A stretch of 57,225 nt of DNA from a virus (IMGVR_UViG_3300012952_000001:1-57225); one strand, 5' to 3'; positions 29,980-40,217 are shown, counted from the stretch's first letter. Notes: generated from the letters alone by a model not told the origin. Numbers and translations are program-made.

Positions 29980-30228
29980 ATGGCTTTAACAAATCCTGCC
30001 AAATCACTGTATTATAATGCAGAACAATATTATAAACTAAAAAAAGAACAAACTAATAATACACCTAAAACAGGTTTATTAGGACAAAAAAATAATAGTA
30101 ACTTTATGAGTACTAAAATTTCTTCTAATAATGGAGAAGAGTCTCCTGCACAAAGAGCAGCTAATTATTTTATTACACTTAGAAATAAAAGAATGGAATT
30201 AAACAATGGCAACACTAGAACAACCTGA
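29980..30228 (+). CDS. Hypothetical protein, internal virion module
   Basis: GGGAG RBS; 82 aa. Confidence 0.65.
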   Translation: MALTNPAKSLYYNAEQYYKLKKEQTNNTPKTGLLGQKNNSNFMSTKISSNNGEESPAQRAANYFITLRNKRMELNNGNTRTT

Positions 30229-30700
30229 ATTTAACGCACCTATTCCAGGCATGGGAATGACTGCAGAACTAGGTGGAAGACCTTGGCAAGTACCCCCACA
30301 ATATAATACTATTGAAGAAGCACTAGATTATTATATTCCTCGTATAACATCTAAGGAATTTAGAAGAAAATTATTTGATACACTTGAACTTGGAGTTCCT
30401 GTAACTACAATAGCAAACACACTTCAGCTATCAGGTGTTATAGAAAGTAAACATACGGTAGATGTAGGTATGCTATTAATTCCTGTACTAATGGAATTTA
30501 TAATGCTTATGGCAGATGAAGTAAATATTAAATACACTTCAGGTTTAGAAGAGCCTAAAAAACTTAGAGATTCTGCTATAGAATTAGCTTCTTCAAAATT
30601 TGAAGACGCAATGATGAATGTAAAACAAGATGTCGAAGAAAAACCTGACGAAGAAGAAAGTAAAGAGTCTAAGGGTTTAATGGCAAAGAGAGGTAAGTAA
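30206..30700 (+). CDS. Conserved internal virion module protein
   Basis: FNAPIPG...PWQ.PPQY; ends KGLMAKRGK. Confidence 0.7.
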   Translation: MATLEQPEFNAPIPGMGMTAELGGRPWQVPPQYNTIEEALDYYIPRITSKEFRRKLFDTLELGVPVTTIANTLQLSGVIESKHTVDVGMLLIPVLMEFIMLMADEVNIKYTSGLEEPKKLRDSAIELASSKFEDAMMNVKQDVEEKPDEEESKESKGLMAKRGK

Positions 30701-33027
30701 TGTCGTTTTTTAGTGGTTTAGCTACAGGTGTAATGACTAGTATAGATAGAACTCTACAGAGAGAACTGCAAGAGACTCGTGATTACAATAAAGAAATAAA
30801 TAAAATTAGATTTAAAGAACAGATGGAAGAAAAAGACGAGTGGGATGATGATGTAGAAGAAGCAAAAAAAGCATTAGAAAATGGTGCTTCTGTATTTACT
30901 ATGCCTGATGGAAGTAGAGACCCTAGAGGAGTTTACTATGCTGCAGCTGCTTTAAAAAGAAGTGGTTCTTTAACTGACTATAATGCGTTTATAGCTAACT
31001 TAAAAACAGCTAAAAGCTCAGGAGACATTAATCCTATTGAATATTTTTCTCAACTTCCTGAAGATTATACAATAGGTTCAGCAACAGATTATGCTCAGGC
31101 ATTTGTAGGTCCTATGGCAGATTATTCTGAAATAGAACCGTATTCTATTAAAACTCCTGCTCTTAAATTTTTAAGTAATATAATGGGTAAACCTTTAAAT
31201 AGTAGAAAACAAATGAATAAAATATTAGAACAAAAGTTAAAAGCTGCAGGAATAGATAATATGGCTATTAATTCTAGTATAAGTTTACCAACTCTTAATT
31301 TTTTAGATTATAAGTTTACTTTAGAGCAGTTAGACCCTTCATCTAGAATAACAAAAATTAAATCTGAGTTAATGAAACCTGAGATAAATAAAAGTTATAA
31401 CGCAGATAAAAAAGAATATTATTTAAATATGAGAAAAAAGACTTTAGATATTATAAAAGCAGAAGGAAATCTTACAGAACAAATAGAAGCAAATCAACTT
31501 GTAATAGATTCATTAGATAACGATAATCCTGAAGATGCAGCTATAATACTAGAACTACAACAAGAAAATGTTCAATTAAATGATACTAAAAAAAGAAGAG
31601 AATTAGTTTTAGATGGTAATCCATTAAAAATTATTGACCATGATATAGATATACTAGCAAGAGAAATACAACAGGCTAAAAACTCAAGTAAATCGGATAA
31701 AAATTCTACATTAGCTTCTTTAAGAGAAGAATTAAATGAAAAATTAGAAGAAAAGTACTCAATAGGAATAGAAAGTGACACAATTACTAATAGCGAGAAA
31801 CTACAACTTATGAAAGATAGGTTTGCTAGACTAGTAAACAATCCAGACTATGTAAATAGCGAAGACGCTAAAGTTGATGAACTTGCTATTTTTAATTTAG
31901 ATAGAGATATTAGACTATTAAATATTGGACCTTTTGATTCTATTAAATTTAATACTTGGCAAAAAGCAGTAGATACTGAGATATATAATAAGCTAAGACA
32001 AGATTTAAATCTTAGAAAGTTTTTAGAGTTTAGCCAAGATGGCAGTGCAACAGTAACAATTAATATGGCAGCTGTAGAAAAAGCAAAAAGTACTGGAGCA
32101 GATGCCGACGCTATAATTTCAGATATACAAGCTGCGAAAATTCGTATAGGAAAAACTTATCTTGACCAAAGGTTAGAAATATTTGAAGAGGTATTTGAAC
32201 CTGAACTTTTTAAAGTTGCTGAGTTATATTATGCAGACCCTAAAAATAACCTTGGTAAAATAGATGACTCTTTTAGAACGTCTTACAAAATAAGAGGTTC
32301 AGTAATAGATGATTTAAGAAAGGGAAAATTAAAAGAGCCTATGTTAAGTACTAGTAGTGAAGATAGCGATGATAATGCAGCAAGTAGCACTAGTAATAAA
32401 ACAAGTACTAATAATCAAACAGAAGAAATATTAGAGTCTTCAGATATTGAATCACCAGTTAAAAAACCTAGTATAGCTGAAAGAAGTAAAACTGATTTTT
32501 CATTAACTGATACAGGAATTGATAACTTTGTAAAAAAATCTTTAGAAGTAGATAAAAATGCTACTGCATCAGAAATAGTTGAAGCATTAGAAAAATTACA
32601 CGAAGATAAAAACTTAAAAATTTCTGATAAGCAGTTAAGTTTAATTAAAAGTAAAATAGTAGATTATTCTAAACCAACTAGTGCAAGCGTTACTGCAAAG
32701 GAAAAAAGTGTTGATGAAGAAGGCTCTGAATCATCTAATGTTCTTAAAGATATGATTAACAATATTCCAAAGATTCCTGGAAAAATTGTAGGTGCTTATC
32801 AACGTAGTAGAGTTATAAATACTGCAAAACAAGAATATAATAAATTAAGAGATAGACAAGATATTAGTGCAACAAGAAAACAGTCTGATATTTTAGAAGA
32901 TTTAAAAATTTTTCTAAGAGATAATAATTATAGCTCAGACGAAATAAGGTATGAAATAGAAAATATCGTTAGACCTGTAAAAAAATTAATGAAAAATAGT
33001 TCAGGTGGATTAATGAGTAGGAGTTAA
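30700..33027 (+). CDS. Putative internal virion (ejection) protein
   Basis: MSFFSGLATG N-terminus, helical 775 aa, ends GGLMSRS. Confidence 0.7.
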   Translation: MSFFSGLATGVMTSIDRTLQRELQETRDYNKEINKIRFKEQMEEKDEWDDDVEEAKKALENGASVFTMPDGSRDPRGVYYAAAALKRSGSLTDYNAFIANLKTAKSSGDINPIEYFSQLPEDYTIGSATDYAQAFVGPMADYSEIEPYSIKTPALKFLSNIMGKPLNSRKQMNKILEQKLKAAGIDNMAINSSISLPTLNFLDYKFTLEQLDPSSRITKIKSELMKPEINKSYNADKKEYYLNMRKKTLDIIKAEGNLTEQIEANQLVIDSLDNDNPEDAAIILELQQENVQLNDTKKRRELVLDGNPLKIIDHDIDILAREIQQAKNSSKSDKNSTLASLREELNEKLEEKYSIGIESDTITNSEKLQLMKDRFARLVNNPDYVNSEDAKVDELAIFNLDRDIRLLNIGPFDSIKFNTWQKAVDTEIYNKLRQDLNLRKFLEFSQDGSATVTINMAAVEKAKSTGADADAIISDIQAAKIRIGKTYLDQRLEIFEEVFEPELFKVAELYYADPKNNLGKIDDSFRTSYKIRGSVIDDLRKGKLKEPMLSTSSEDSDDNAASSTSNKTSTNNQTEEILESSDIESPVKKPSIAERSKTDFSLTDTGIDNFVKKSLEVDKNATASEIVEALEKLHEDKNLKISDKQLSLIKSKIVDYSKPTSASVTAKEKSVDEEGSESSNVLKDMINNIPKIPGKIVGAYQRSRVINTAKQEYNKLRDRQDISATRKQSDILEDLKIFLRDNNYSSDEIRYEIENIVRPVKKLMKNSSGGLMSRS

Positions 33028-33028
33028 T

Positions 33029-36000
33029 ATGAGTGATTTATTAAACTCTGTATTAAAAAACACTTATGGTACTTCTGCTTTAGATACACAAACTAATATT
33101 TTTGATAGTGAAAAAGAAAAAAAAGAAGAACAAAATAATTTAGAGCTAGAAAATACAGATAATATTTTAAATGGTAACATTATTACTTACGGACAAATGA
33201 AAAGAAATAAGTCTGTAATAGAAGCAGCTAAAAGATTTGCTAGAGATAGAAATAATATTAAACAAGAGTTAAGTGATGAAGAAGCTGTAAAAAACTTTAT
33301 ATCACATTTTAGGTCATTTAATGTAAATGAACTTACTGCAGGAGGTGACTGGAATTACATATCAGGTGTATCTGCTGATTCAAAAAGAGATGATACTATA
33401 AATACTACTGAAAGAGATTTATCTGACATAGCTCAAAAAAAATTAGACGACTATACTTTTTTATATAAAAAATTTCATCAACTTCCAGACTTTTATGAAG
33501 AAGGTGGAGCAGGCGGTGCTTTTAAAGATTATGCTTATGGTATAGCATCTGCTCCTTCTACTCTCGTAGGTCTTATTCCCATGTTTGGGCAAGTAGCTAA
33601 AGGTGGTGCGTTAGCTGCCACTACAGCTGCTAAAATAGCTGTATCAAAAGCTGTAAAACAAGCTGCTCAAAAATCCATATTAAAAACACCATTAACAAGT
33701 TTAGCTGCAACTGTTGGCAGACACCCTATAAAAGCAAGTATGTTATTAGAAGGTGCAGCAGGTGGACTACAAGATGTATCTAGACAAAATGTAGAAATGG
33801 AAATAGGTTTAAAAGACGAATATAAAGCAGGAGAAACTGCTATAGGTGTAGGTGCAGGAATGGCTGCCCCTGCGTTTTTAGGTGTTGTTGGCGCTAAAAA
33901 AGTTGCAAGTGCAGGAATAAGTAAATTAGGTAAAGGAAGTAAATTAACTGAAAGTGTATTAAAAGATATAGACAAATCAATATTAAAGAAAACTATAAAA
34001 GCAAATAAAGAAGCTAATAAAACATTAAAACAAAAAGCTGAATTAAAAAATAAATTATCCGAAGTATTGCCTGCATTAAATCCTGATGAAGTTGCTAAAG
34101 GAACTCAATTAGGTAGAGAAATAATCGGAGAAAAATTAGTACCTGATGCAATTTTGTCAATAGACCCTGCTAGAACTAAAAGAATATTAGCTGCTGTATC
34201 TGAAATGATTTCTACAAATGGTAATATAGAAAGGTCTTTTTTAAAAAATGCTAAAGATGCAGATGGTAACTGGAAAATAAGACCTACTCAAGCTGTAGCT
34301 GATTTATTAAAACAAAAGAGAGTAGGTGGTAAAACAAGAGAAGAATTTTTATCTGAGATATTTGAAAAGTATAATATAAATGGCGATGATATGGCTAATT
34401 TATTTTTAGCTACATTTTCTAATGCAGGTAGAACTCTTGTTCAAGCAAAACAATTTAAAAAATTATTTAGTGATATAAGCGATGACACTTATGATTTACT
34501 AGGTATGGATTTAGAAATAAAAGAAGTATTTAAAAAAGCAAAAGATTTAGGAAATAGTAGAAATGCTAGACAGGCATTAGAAGTTATAGACGACACACAA
34601 AAATTTAGATTTTTTAGACCTTTAGATGATATAAGATTAGCAGCTATGACTTCTCAATTAGGAACTACAGTTAGAAATACTGCATCAGGTTATACAAGAA
34701 TTGGATTAGATACGGCTGTTAATTTAGTAGATAGAGGTATTACAACAGTAGTAAGAGGGCTAACTCTTGGTCAAAAAGGTAAAGGTACGGTAAGTCTTTT
34801 TGATGATACTCCTAATGATGATATATTTTCTTTAGTATTTGGTTTAACAAATAAAACTGAAACTGAAGCAATAGATAGTTTATTTAGATTAAATTTTCAT
34901 AAACAAGCCCAGACTCTATATAGAGAATTACAAGATATAGATAATGCTATTGGTGGAGTAGGTAAAGGAAATAAAAGATTAACTAAAGCTAGAGCTATAG
35001 GTAAACAATTAAACGCTTTAAATACACTGTCGGATAATTATTTTAAGCGTGTAGCATTTGTAAGTTCTTTAAAGAAACGACTTAATCAAAGCTATATAAG
35101 AACCATGCAAGAACTACGAGAAGGGTTTACAGGCAAAATAAATAAAACTAAACTAAAAAAAGCTGTTGAGGAAGCAGGTTTTAATACTAATTTAAAAAAA
35201 GCAATATTAGATGGTAAAAGTATAGATGATATAACACCTATTGTAAAAAAAGAATACGATATACATGACATGTTAAAAGGTAATAGATTTGCTTCTTACA
35301 TAAATGGTAAACAAGGTTCTAAAATGTTGAATGATACTATTAAAGATACTTTGTATTTTACATACCAAAAAACACCTGATAATCCTGTAGGAAAAGCAAT
35401 AATAAACTTTGCACATAAAACTCCTTTTCTTACTTCTTCACTTGTACCTTTTCCTAGATTTATAATGAATGCTATGAGATTTACATACGAGTATTCACCT
35501 GCATATTTAATCTCTCCATTTAATAACGCATTTAGAAAAAGTCTTGCAAAAGATTCTGAAAATTATGCTGAAGTAGCAAAAGGTTTAGTTGGAAGTGGTG
35601 CTTTACTTGGAGCTGCAGCTTATAGGTATCACTCATTAAATGGTAACGAAATGGGTGGAGAAAATTGGTGGGAAGGTAGATTGCCTAACGGTAACACTTT
35701 TGACCTAAGACCGTTTTTTCCTGCTGCTCCTTATTTATTTGTTGGTGACTTAATAGCTAGAGCTTATATGGGTGAAAAATTAGCAAACAGTAGGTCTCTT
35801 ACTAAAGAATCTTTTCAAGCATTATCAGGTACTCAGTTTAGAGCAGGATTAGGTTTATGGATAATAGATGAGGGAATAGAAGATATATTTGCTTCAGAAA
35901 AAGGGTATGACCAACACGAAGCTGCAGGTAAATTTGCAGCTCAATATGCAGGTAATATTTTAAATACATTTACAATACCAATAACTCCTATATCAGATAT

Positions 36001-36772
36001 ATATACTACTTGGATTGGTAGTGATGATTCAAGAATAGCTAGAGAAACTAAATCATCAGATATGTTTTCATTATTTATAAACAAATCTATATCAAGGCTT
36101 CCTGCAAATCATAGAATAGAAGAAATACTTTCTAAGTCTTTAGGAACTAGAGCAGCTAATATGTATGAAACTCCTTTAAAAGGTGAACCTATAAGAAGAA
36201 TAACACCTATAACTAGACAGACATACGGTATATTACAATCACCTCCTAAAAATTACTTAGAAAAAGAAATAGCTAGAATGAAACTAGATAAACGATTACT
36301 AAATAGAAACTCAGGAGTTCCTGAAGCTGATGCATTAATAAATGATTTAATCGGAGAATGGTCTAGTACGTATTTATCTCCTTTATTAGAAAAAAGTGAA
36401 GTTTACCAAAGTTTAAATAGTGATAATTTAAAAAAAGAGTTTATATTAAAACAAAAAGATGCTTGGAAAGGTAAAATAGTAGAATTAGTAGAGGCTATGC
36501 AAGAAAGTGAAGCAAGATATAGTAGCCAAACTGGTTTAACATTAGATGATGAATACGGTTTTAATCCGCTAAAAAAGAAAAAAGTAGAAACTAAATTTAC
36601 AGGTGGAGATAAAGTATACTTAAATCAGGCAATAGAATTATATAATAAAAAACACGGTATGCCACAGGATAAATTATCTTATGATTATGATTTAGTTCTT
36701 TTATACGCTAATCGTTTTAAAGAAATAGGAGATGCAAAACTATCTCCATTAAATACAATGGATTTACAATAG
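33029..36772 (+). CDS. Large internal virion (ejection) protein
   Basis: 1247 aa, last gene of the + arm; hydrophobic Ala/Gly segment; VPFPRF. Confidence 0.7.
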   Translation: MSDLLNSVLKNTYGTSALDTQTNIFDSEKEKKEEQNNLELENTDNILNGNIITYGQMKRNKSVIEAAKRFARDRNNIKQELSDEEAVKNFISHFRSFNVNELTAGGDWNYISGVSADSKRDDTINTTERDLSDIAQKKLDDYTFLYKKFHQLPDFYEEGGAGGAFKDYAYGIASAPSTLVGLIPMFGQVAKGGALAATTAAKIAVSKAVKQAAQKSILKTPLTSLAATVGRHPIKASMLLEGAAGGLQDVSRQNVEMEIGLKDEYKAGETAIGVGAGMAAPAFLGVVGAKKVASAGISKLGKGSKLTESVLKDIDKSILKKTIKANKEANKTLKQKAELKNKLSEVLPALNPDEVAKGTQLGREIIGEKLVPDAILSIDPARTKRILAAVSEMISTNGNIERSFLKNAKDADGNWKIRPTQAVADLLKQKRVGGKTREEFLSEIFEKYNINGDDMANLFLATFSNAGRTLVQAKQFKKLFSDISDDTYDLLGMDLEIKEVFKKAKDLGNSRNARQALEVIDDTQKFRFFRPLDDIRLAAMTSQLGTTVRNTASGYTRIGLDTAVNLVDRGITTVVRGLTLGQKGKGTVSLFDDTPNDDIFSLVFGLTNKTETEAIDSLFRLNFHKQAQTLYRELQDIDNAIGGVGKGNKRLTKARAIGKQLNALNTLSDNYFKRVAFVSSLKKRLNQSYIRTMQELREGFTGKINKTKLKKAVEEAGFNTNLKKAILDGKSIDDITPIVKKEYDIHDMLKGNRFASYINGKQGSKMLNDTIKDTLYFTYQKTPDNPVGKAIINFAHKTPFLTSSLVPFPRFIMNAMRFTYEYSPAYLISPFNNAFRKSLAKDSENYAEVAKGLVGSGALLGAAAYRYHSLNGNEMGGENWWEGRLPNGNTFDLRPFFPAAPYLFVGDLIARAYMGEKLANSRSLTKESFQALSGTQFRAGLGLWIIDEGIEDIFASEKGYDQHEAAGKFAAQYAGNILNTFTIPITPISDIYTTWIGSDDSRIARETKSSDMFSLFINKSISRLPANHRIEEILSKSLGTRAANMYETPLKGEPIRRITPITRQTYGILQSPPKNYLEKEIARMKLDKRLLNRNSGVPEADALINDLIGEWSSTYLSPLLEKSEVYQSLNSDNLKKEFILKQKDAWKGKIVELVEAMQESEARYSSQTGLTLDDEYGFNPLKKKKVETKFTGGDKVYLNQAIELYNKKHGMPQDKLSYDYDLVLLYANRFKEIGDAKLSPLNTMDLQ

Positions 36773-36773
36773 A

Positions 36774-37142
36774 CTAACGATTATCTCCTGAACCACCCAA
36801 TACCCCACGTGTTTTTCTAGAGTGTAGTTTTTCAATATTGTTTTCCATAATCTTACCAAGATTTAAATTAAGTTCTTCAGCTAGTAAAGCACAGTACCAT
36901 AGTACATCGCCTATCTCAGCGCCTAAATCTGTAGGATTTAACTTACCTTTATCTCGTATAATTTTTTTAATCTTTCCTGCCACTTCCCCAGACTCAGAAG
37001 ATAACCCTAGGGCTAAATACTCTAGGGCTTTTTCTTTTGGAAATATAGCAGTTACCTTAGCTTTATCTTGATATTCTGTAGCAGTTATATTACTCATATT
37101 TTTCCTTTTAAGAAACTCTTTTGCTTCTTCTTCTAGCTTCAT
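36774..37142 (-). CDS. mazG: MazG-like NTP pyrophosphohydrolase
   Basis: LGL.SESGEVA.K.KK..RD...EIGDVLWY...N..KL..R. Confidence 0.9.
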   Translation of the reverse strand: MKLEEEAKEFLKRKNMSNITATEYQDKAKVTAIFPKEKALEYLALGLSSESGEVAGKIKKIIRDKGKLNPTDLGAEIGDVLWYCALLAEELNLNLGKIMENNIEKLHSRKTRGVLGGSGDNR

Positions 37143-37323
37143 ACTTTTTAATTCTTTCTAAATTATTAAAGAAAGCAAAGTTATAACCTCTTTGCCATTC
37201 TCTATGCTGCATGGTATTCCTATTATACATAGGTCCTTTATTTTTAAAGAAGGCATGTTGCCCCTTTTTAAATTGAATACTTAAAGGGGCATCATACTTA
37301 GCAAGATTATTTCTTCTTTTCAT
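37108..37323 (-). CDS. Hypothetical protein
   Basis: REWQRGYN motif; likely start MKRRNN. Confidence 0.6.
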   Translation of the reverse strand: MKRRNNLAKYDAPLSIQFKKGQHAFFKNKGPMYNRNTMQHREWQRGYNFAFFNNLERIKKYEARRRSKRVS

Positions 37324-37549
37324 CTTCCTTTTTCTCTTCTTTTTGTACAAAGAATTTTTCTAGTACTTCTATCTTATCATGGTAATCAGCAATCTTACCT
37401 AGTTCTACTTCTATAACTGATTGTATGTCTTGATGAGAATCTTCACCAATACCTACTGGTCTTGTTAATAAAACTTCAACATTTGCAATGTGCCTATTAA
37501 TTAAACCGACATAATAAGTTTTTGCAGCATTAATCATTAATTCACGCAT
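37307..37549 (-). CDS. Conserved hypothetical marine phage protein
   Basis: HIANVEV.L..PVGIGE motif. Confidence 0.7.
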   Translation of the reverse strand: MRELMINAAKTYYVGLINRHIANVEVLLTRPVGIGEDSHQDIQSVIEVELGKIADYHDKIEVLEKFFVQKEEKKEDEKKK

Positions 37550-37970
37550 TAGCTTTCTCCTTTTCTTTAAATGCTTTTATAACGTCTGATGAAAATAGTT
37601 TTTGTATATTTAACAAATACATTTTCGATGCCATGTTATCCCCTCCTGATACACTTCGTTTATAATCTAACTTGTCAATGATACGTTTTAAACTTTTCGT
37701 TTCAAAGACAAGAGTAGCAAATGTGTCTTCACCGACACATAAATTATGAAACCAATAATCCGCTTCCGTACTACAGATACCACTAGGTTTTCCATAACAC
37801 TCGTATTCAATCGCGATATTGCCTGTTTTTTGCCATATGTCTCTTTCACTTTTTACCTCTATCTTTTTATTTTCTAGCATCTCTGCTATCTTTTTTTCTC
37901 TAACTTTGCCATATTGCAGGTCTAAGTCAAATTTCTTTTGATTTTTCTTGTTAGGTTCTAAATGCTGCAT
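37542..37970 (-). CDS. PD-(D/E)XK-like nuclease-fold protein
   Basis: FD.DL.YG...IEVK....TGNIAIE...G.PSGI..T.ADYW; GGAG RBS before ATG 37970. Confidence 0.6.
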   Translation of the reverse strand: MQHLEPNKKNQKKFDLDLQYGKVREKKIAEMLENKKIEVKSERDIWQKTGNIAIEYECYGKPSGICSTEADYWFHNLCVGEDTFATLVFETKSLKRIIDKLDYKRSVSGGDNMASKMYLLNIQKLFSSDVIKAFKEKEKANA

Positions 37971-38065
37971 AAAATGCTCCAAAATAGTTAATGTTTAAAA
38001 AAAAGTCTTGATATAAAGACCCTCAGAGGGGTAGAATGCACCCTCCGAAGGGTAATATACCTGAA

Positions 38066-40048
38066 TTATGTGTTGCCTATGTCTACGACCTCGCAAACTC
38101 CAGCAGTGCAAGCTAACTCTTTTGACCCTGCTGTTGTATCATCTTTTTCGTATTTTGTCAAGTTATTCCAATTAATTTGCTTAGGCATCTTTTTTAGTAG
38201 CTTTTTATACTCCTCTTTGTTAATTTCTTGGTAAGGTGCTTGTGCATAAGTATGGTCACTATGTGGTAAGAAACTAATACCTGATATTTTATCAAAGTTT
38301 CTATATACCCATGAACCTACTTCCATCCATTCTTCTTCTCTAACAGAAATTGTTACAGATGGTTTGTGTTCACACCAATATTCTTGATAAGTTTGCCACA
38401 TACGTAACTGGTCAATAGCAGATAAACTATTTCTAGTTACAGCTCCTTCAGGTGACTTCATAGGAAAACTAAATACTGTAACACTGTCAGGCTTCATAAC
38501 ATCAGGCTCATTAGGAATACCACTGCCAATCATAAACTGTGTTAATGGGTCTTTGTTATCTCCACGAACAGTACGAATATAATAGTCACTATGTCTACTA
38601 TGTATTCCACTTGCACTATCTACAAGTTGTGAAACTGTACCACTAGGTTTGACACAAGTAATTGCAGTCGATTGTGGTATGTTAAGTATATCTGAATACT
38701 TTTTATTTACTTCGATAGCTTTTTCTTTCAGTCTAGTTAATATTTGACCAACTCTTAAACCATCAAATACTCTTTGACCATCTTCAAAAAAGATTGTATT
38801 ATGGTCATTAAATAATTTATTATCCATAATACCAGTAAGAGATACACCAAGCAATCTTTCTTCTTCAGTATTATCTTTCCATATTTTACGTAAGTATCTA
38901 AAGTCGGTAAGAGTTGCTTGAAATGTACCTAGTATTGTAGCCATTTCTACTTTTTCCATTAATATTTCTTCTGTATCATCAGCTCTAATAACTACTTCAG
39001 ATAAATTACAGAATTGATATGGTCTAAGTATAATCTCACTACAAGGATTACATCCAAATTCATAGTTAGTTTTACGTCTACTATTTCTCATAGCCTGTTC
39101 TTTTGCAGACTTACGATTAAAGATACCACGCTCTCCTGACTTACTTTCTACAAGAGATAACCACTCTCGCATAAAAGTTTCCATTTGTATTTTAGATTTA
39201 TAGGCAACGCTGTTATTAGCTAGCGCACGTTGCCCTTCAGTTTCCCACCACTGTCCAGACTTAGCATGACGCATTTGGTCATCACCAAGATTGGAAAGAC
39301 TGATAAGTGCGCTACGTCGTACCCCACCAACGACAACTACCTCACCAATCTTACACATTATATCGTGACATTCAATAGGATACAGTCTTCTACCTGCTGC
39401 ATTTTTGAATATCTCAATACAAAATTCAAATAAATCTACTAATGGTGCAGGACCTGATGCTCTGCCACCAAATGTTTTTAACCTTGCTCCTGCAGGTCGT
39501 ACATCAGATACGTCCCACTGTGGGATTTGTCCCACGTATAGCATAGCTATTAACTCACGTAATGCTCTAGCCCAACCTGCACGAGAATCAGATACTTTAA
39601 TGGACGTAGTACTATTTTCAAAATGCTCGTTTACTGTGGGTAACTTATCTATGTTCTCTCTTTCAACTGAGAATCCTACACCTGTACCACACATAAGAAT
39701 ATACATGGTTTCATCAAATGCCCTTGGGCTATCTACAGGCAAGTACGAACAATTATATCCTGCTACATTACATCTATCTAATGCTTTACCTGCAGTCATT
39801 AAAGCTCTCATAGATGGCATTACATCTAAGTTTACAATAGCATTATATAGCCTGTCTCTTAATTCATAAAAAATAACTTCATCAAAATTATATTTTTGAG
39901 TTAAGTGGTCTTGCATATAATCTAAATATCTATTGACAGTTTCTGACCAATTTTCTCTTCTGTTTTCTTCAGGTATCCATCTTGCATAACGAGATAGGGC
40001 TATAAAGTTTTGATAGTCCGTAGGTAGAACTACATTATTTTTAATCAT
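38066..40048 (-). CDS. nrdJ: Class II (adenosylcobalamin-dependent) ribonucleotide reductase, monomeric RTPR type
   Basis: YNC, VGGVRRSA, NPCSEI, CNL, TCVKPSGTVS, C-terminal CTAGVC; no NrdB gene. Confidence 0.92.
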   Translation of the reverse strand: MIKNNVVLPTDYQNFIALSRYARWIPEENRRENWSETVNRYLDYMQDHLTQKYNFDEVIFYELRDRLYNAIVNLDVMPSMRALMTAGKALDRCNVAGYNCSYLPVDSPRAFDETMYILMCGTGVGFSVERENIDKLPTVNEHFENSTTSIKVSDSRAGWARALRELIAMLYVGQIPQWDVSDVRPAGARLKTFGGRASGPAPLVDLFEFCIEIFKNAAGRRLYPIECHDIMCKIGEVVVVGGVRRSALISLSNLGDDQMRHAKSGQWWETEGQRALANNSVAYKSKIQMETFMREWLSLVESKSGERGIFNRKSAKEQAMRNSRRKTNYEFGCNPCSEIILRPYQFCNLSEVVIRADDTEEILMEKVEMATILGTFQATLTDFRYLRKIWKDNTEEERLLGVSLTGIMDNKLFNDHNTIFFEDGQRVFDGLRVGQILTRLKEKAIEVNKKYSDILNIPQSTAITCVKPSGTVSQLVDSASGIHSRHSDYYIRTVRGDNKDPLTQFMIGSGIPNEPDVMKPDSVTVFSFPMKSPEGAVTRNSLSAIDQLRMWQTYQEYWCEHKPSVTISVREEEWMEVGSWVYRNFDKISGISFLPHSDHTYAQAPYQEINKEEYKKLLKKMPKQINWNNLTKYEKDDTTAGSKELACTAGVCEVVDIGNT

Positions 40049-40217
40049 ATATTTTCTCCATAGTAGTTTTAATACTTTTAATATCCATACCATCATAGTC
40101 GTGAAACATTTCTTTTATCACGTCTTTTACTTCTTCATTAACTCTTTCATCAGCAGGCATGGGGTACTCTGATTCATCTATTATAACAGTCATTGTAACT
40201 TTAACTTTCGTTACCAT
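40041..40217 (-). CDS. 58-aa hypothetical protein (not in ORF track)
   Basis: MVTKVKVTMTVIIDESEYPMPADERV...; fills the gap and overlaps both neighbours. Confidence 0.65.
   Translation of the reverse strand: MVTKVKVTMTVIIDESEYPMPADERVNEEVKDVIKEMFHDYDGMDIKSIKTTMEKIYD

Noticed and set aside
40049-40096. N-terminal extension of NrdJ given in the ORF track
   Set aside because: The GGAG RBS precedes ATG 40048, and this stretch belongs to the 58-aa ORF at 40041-40217.
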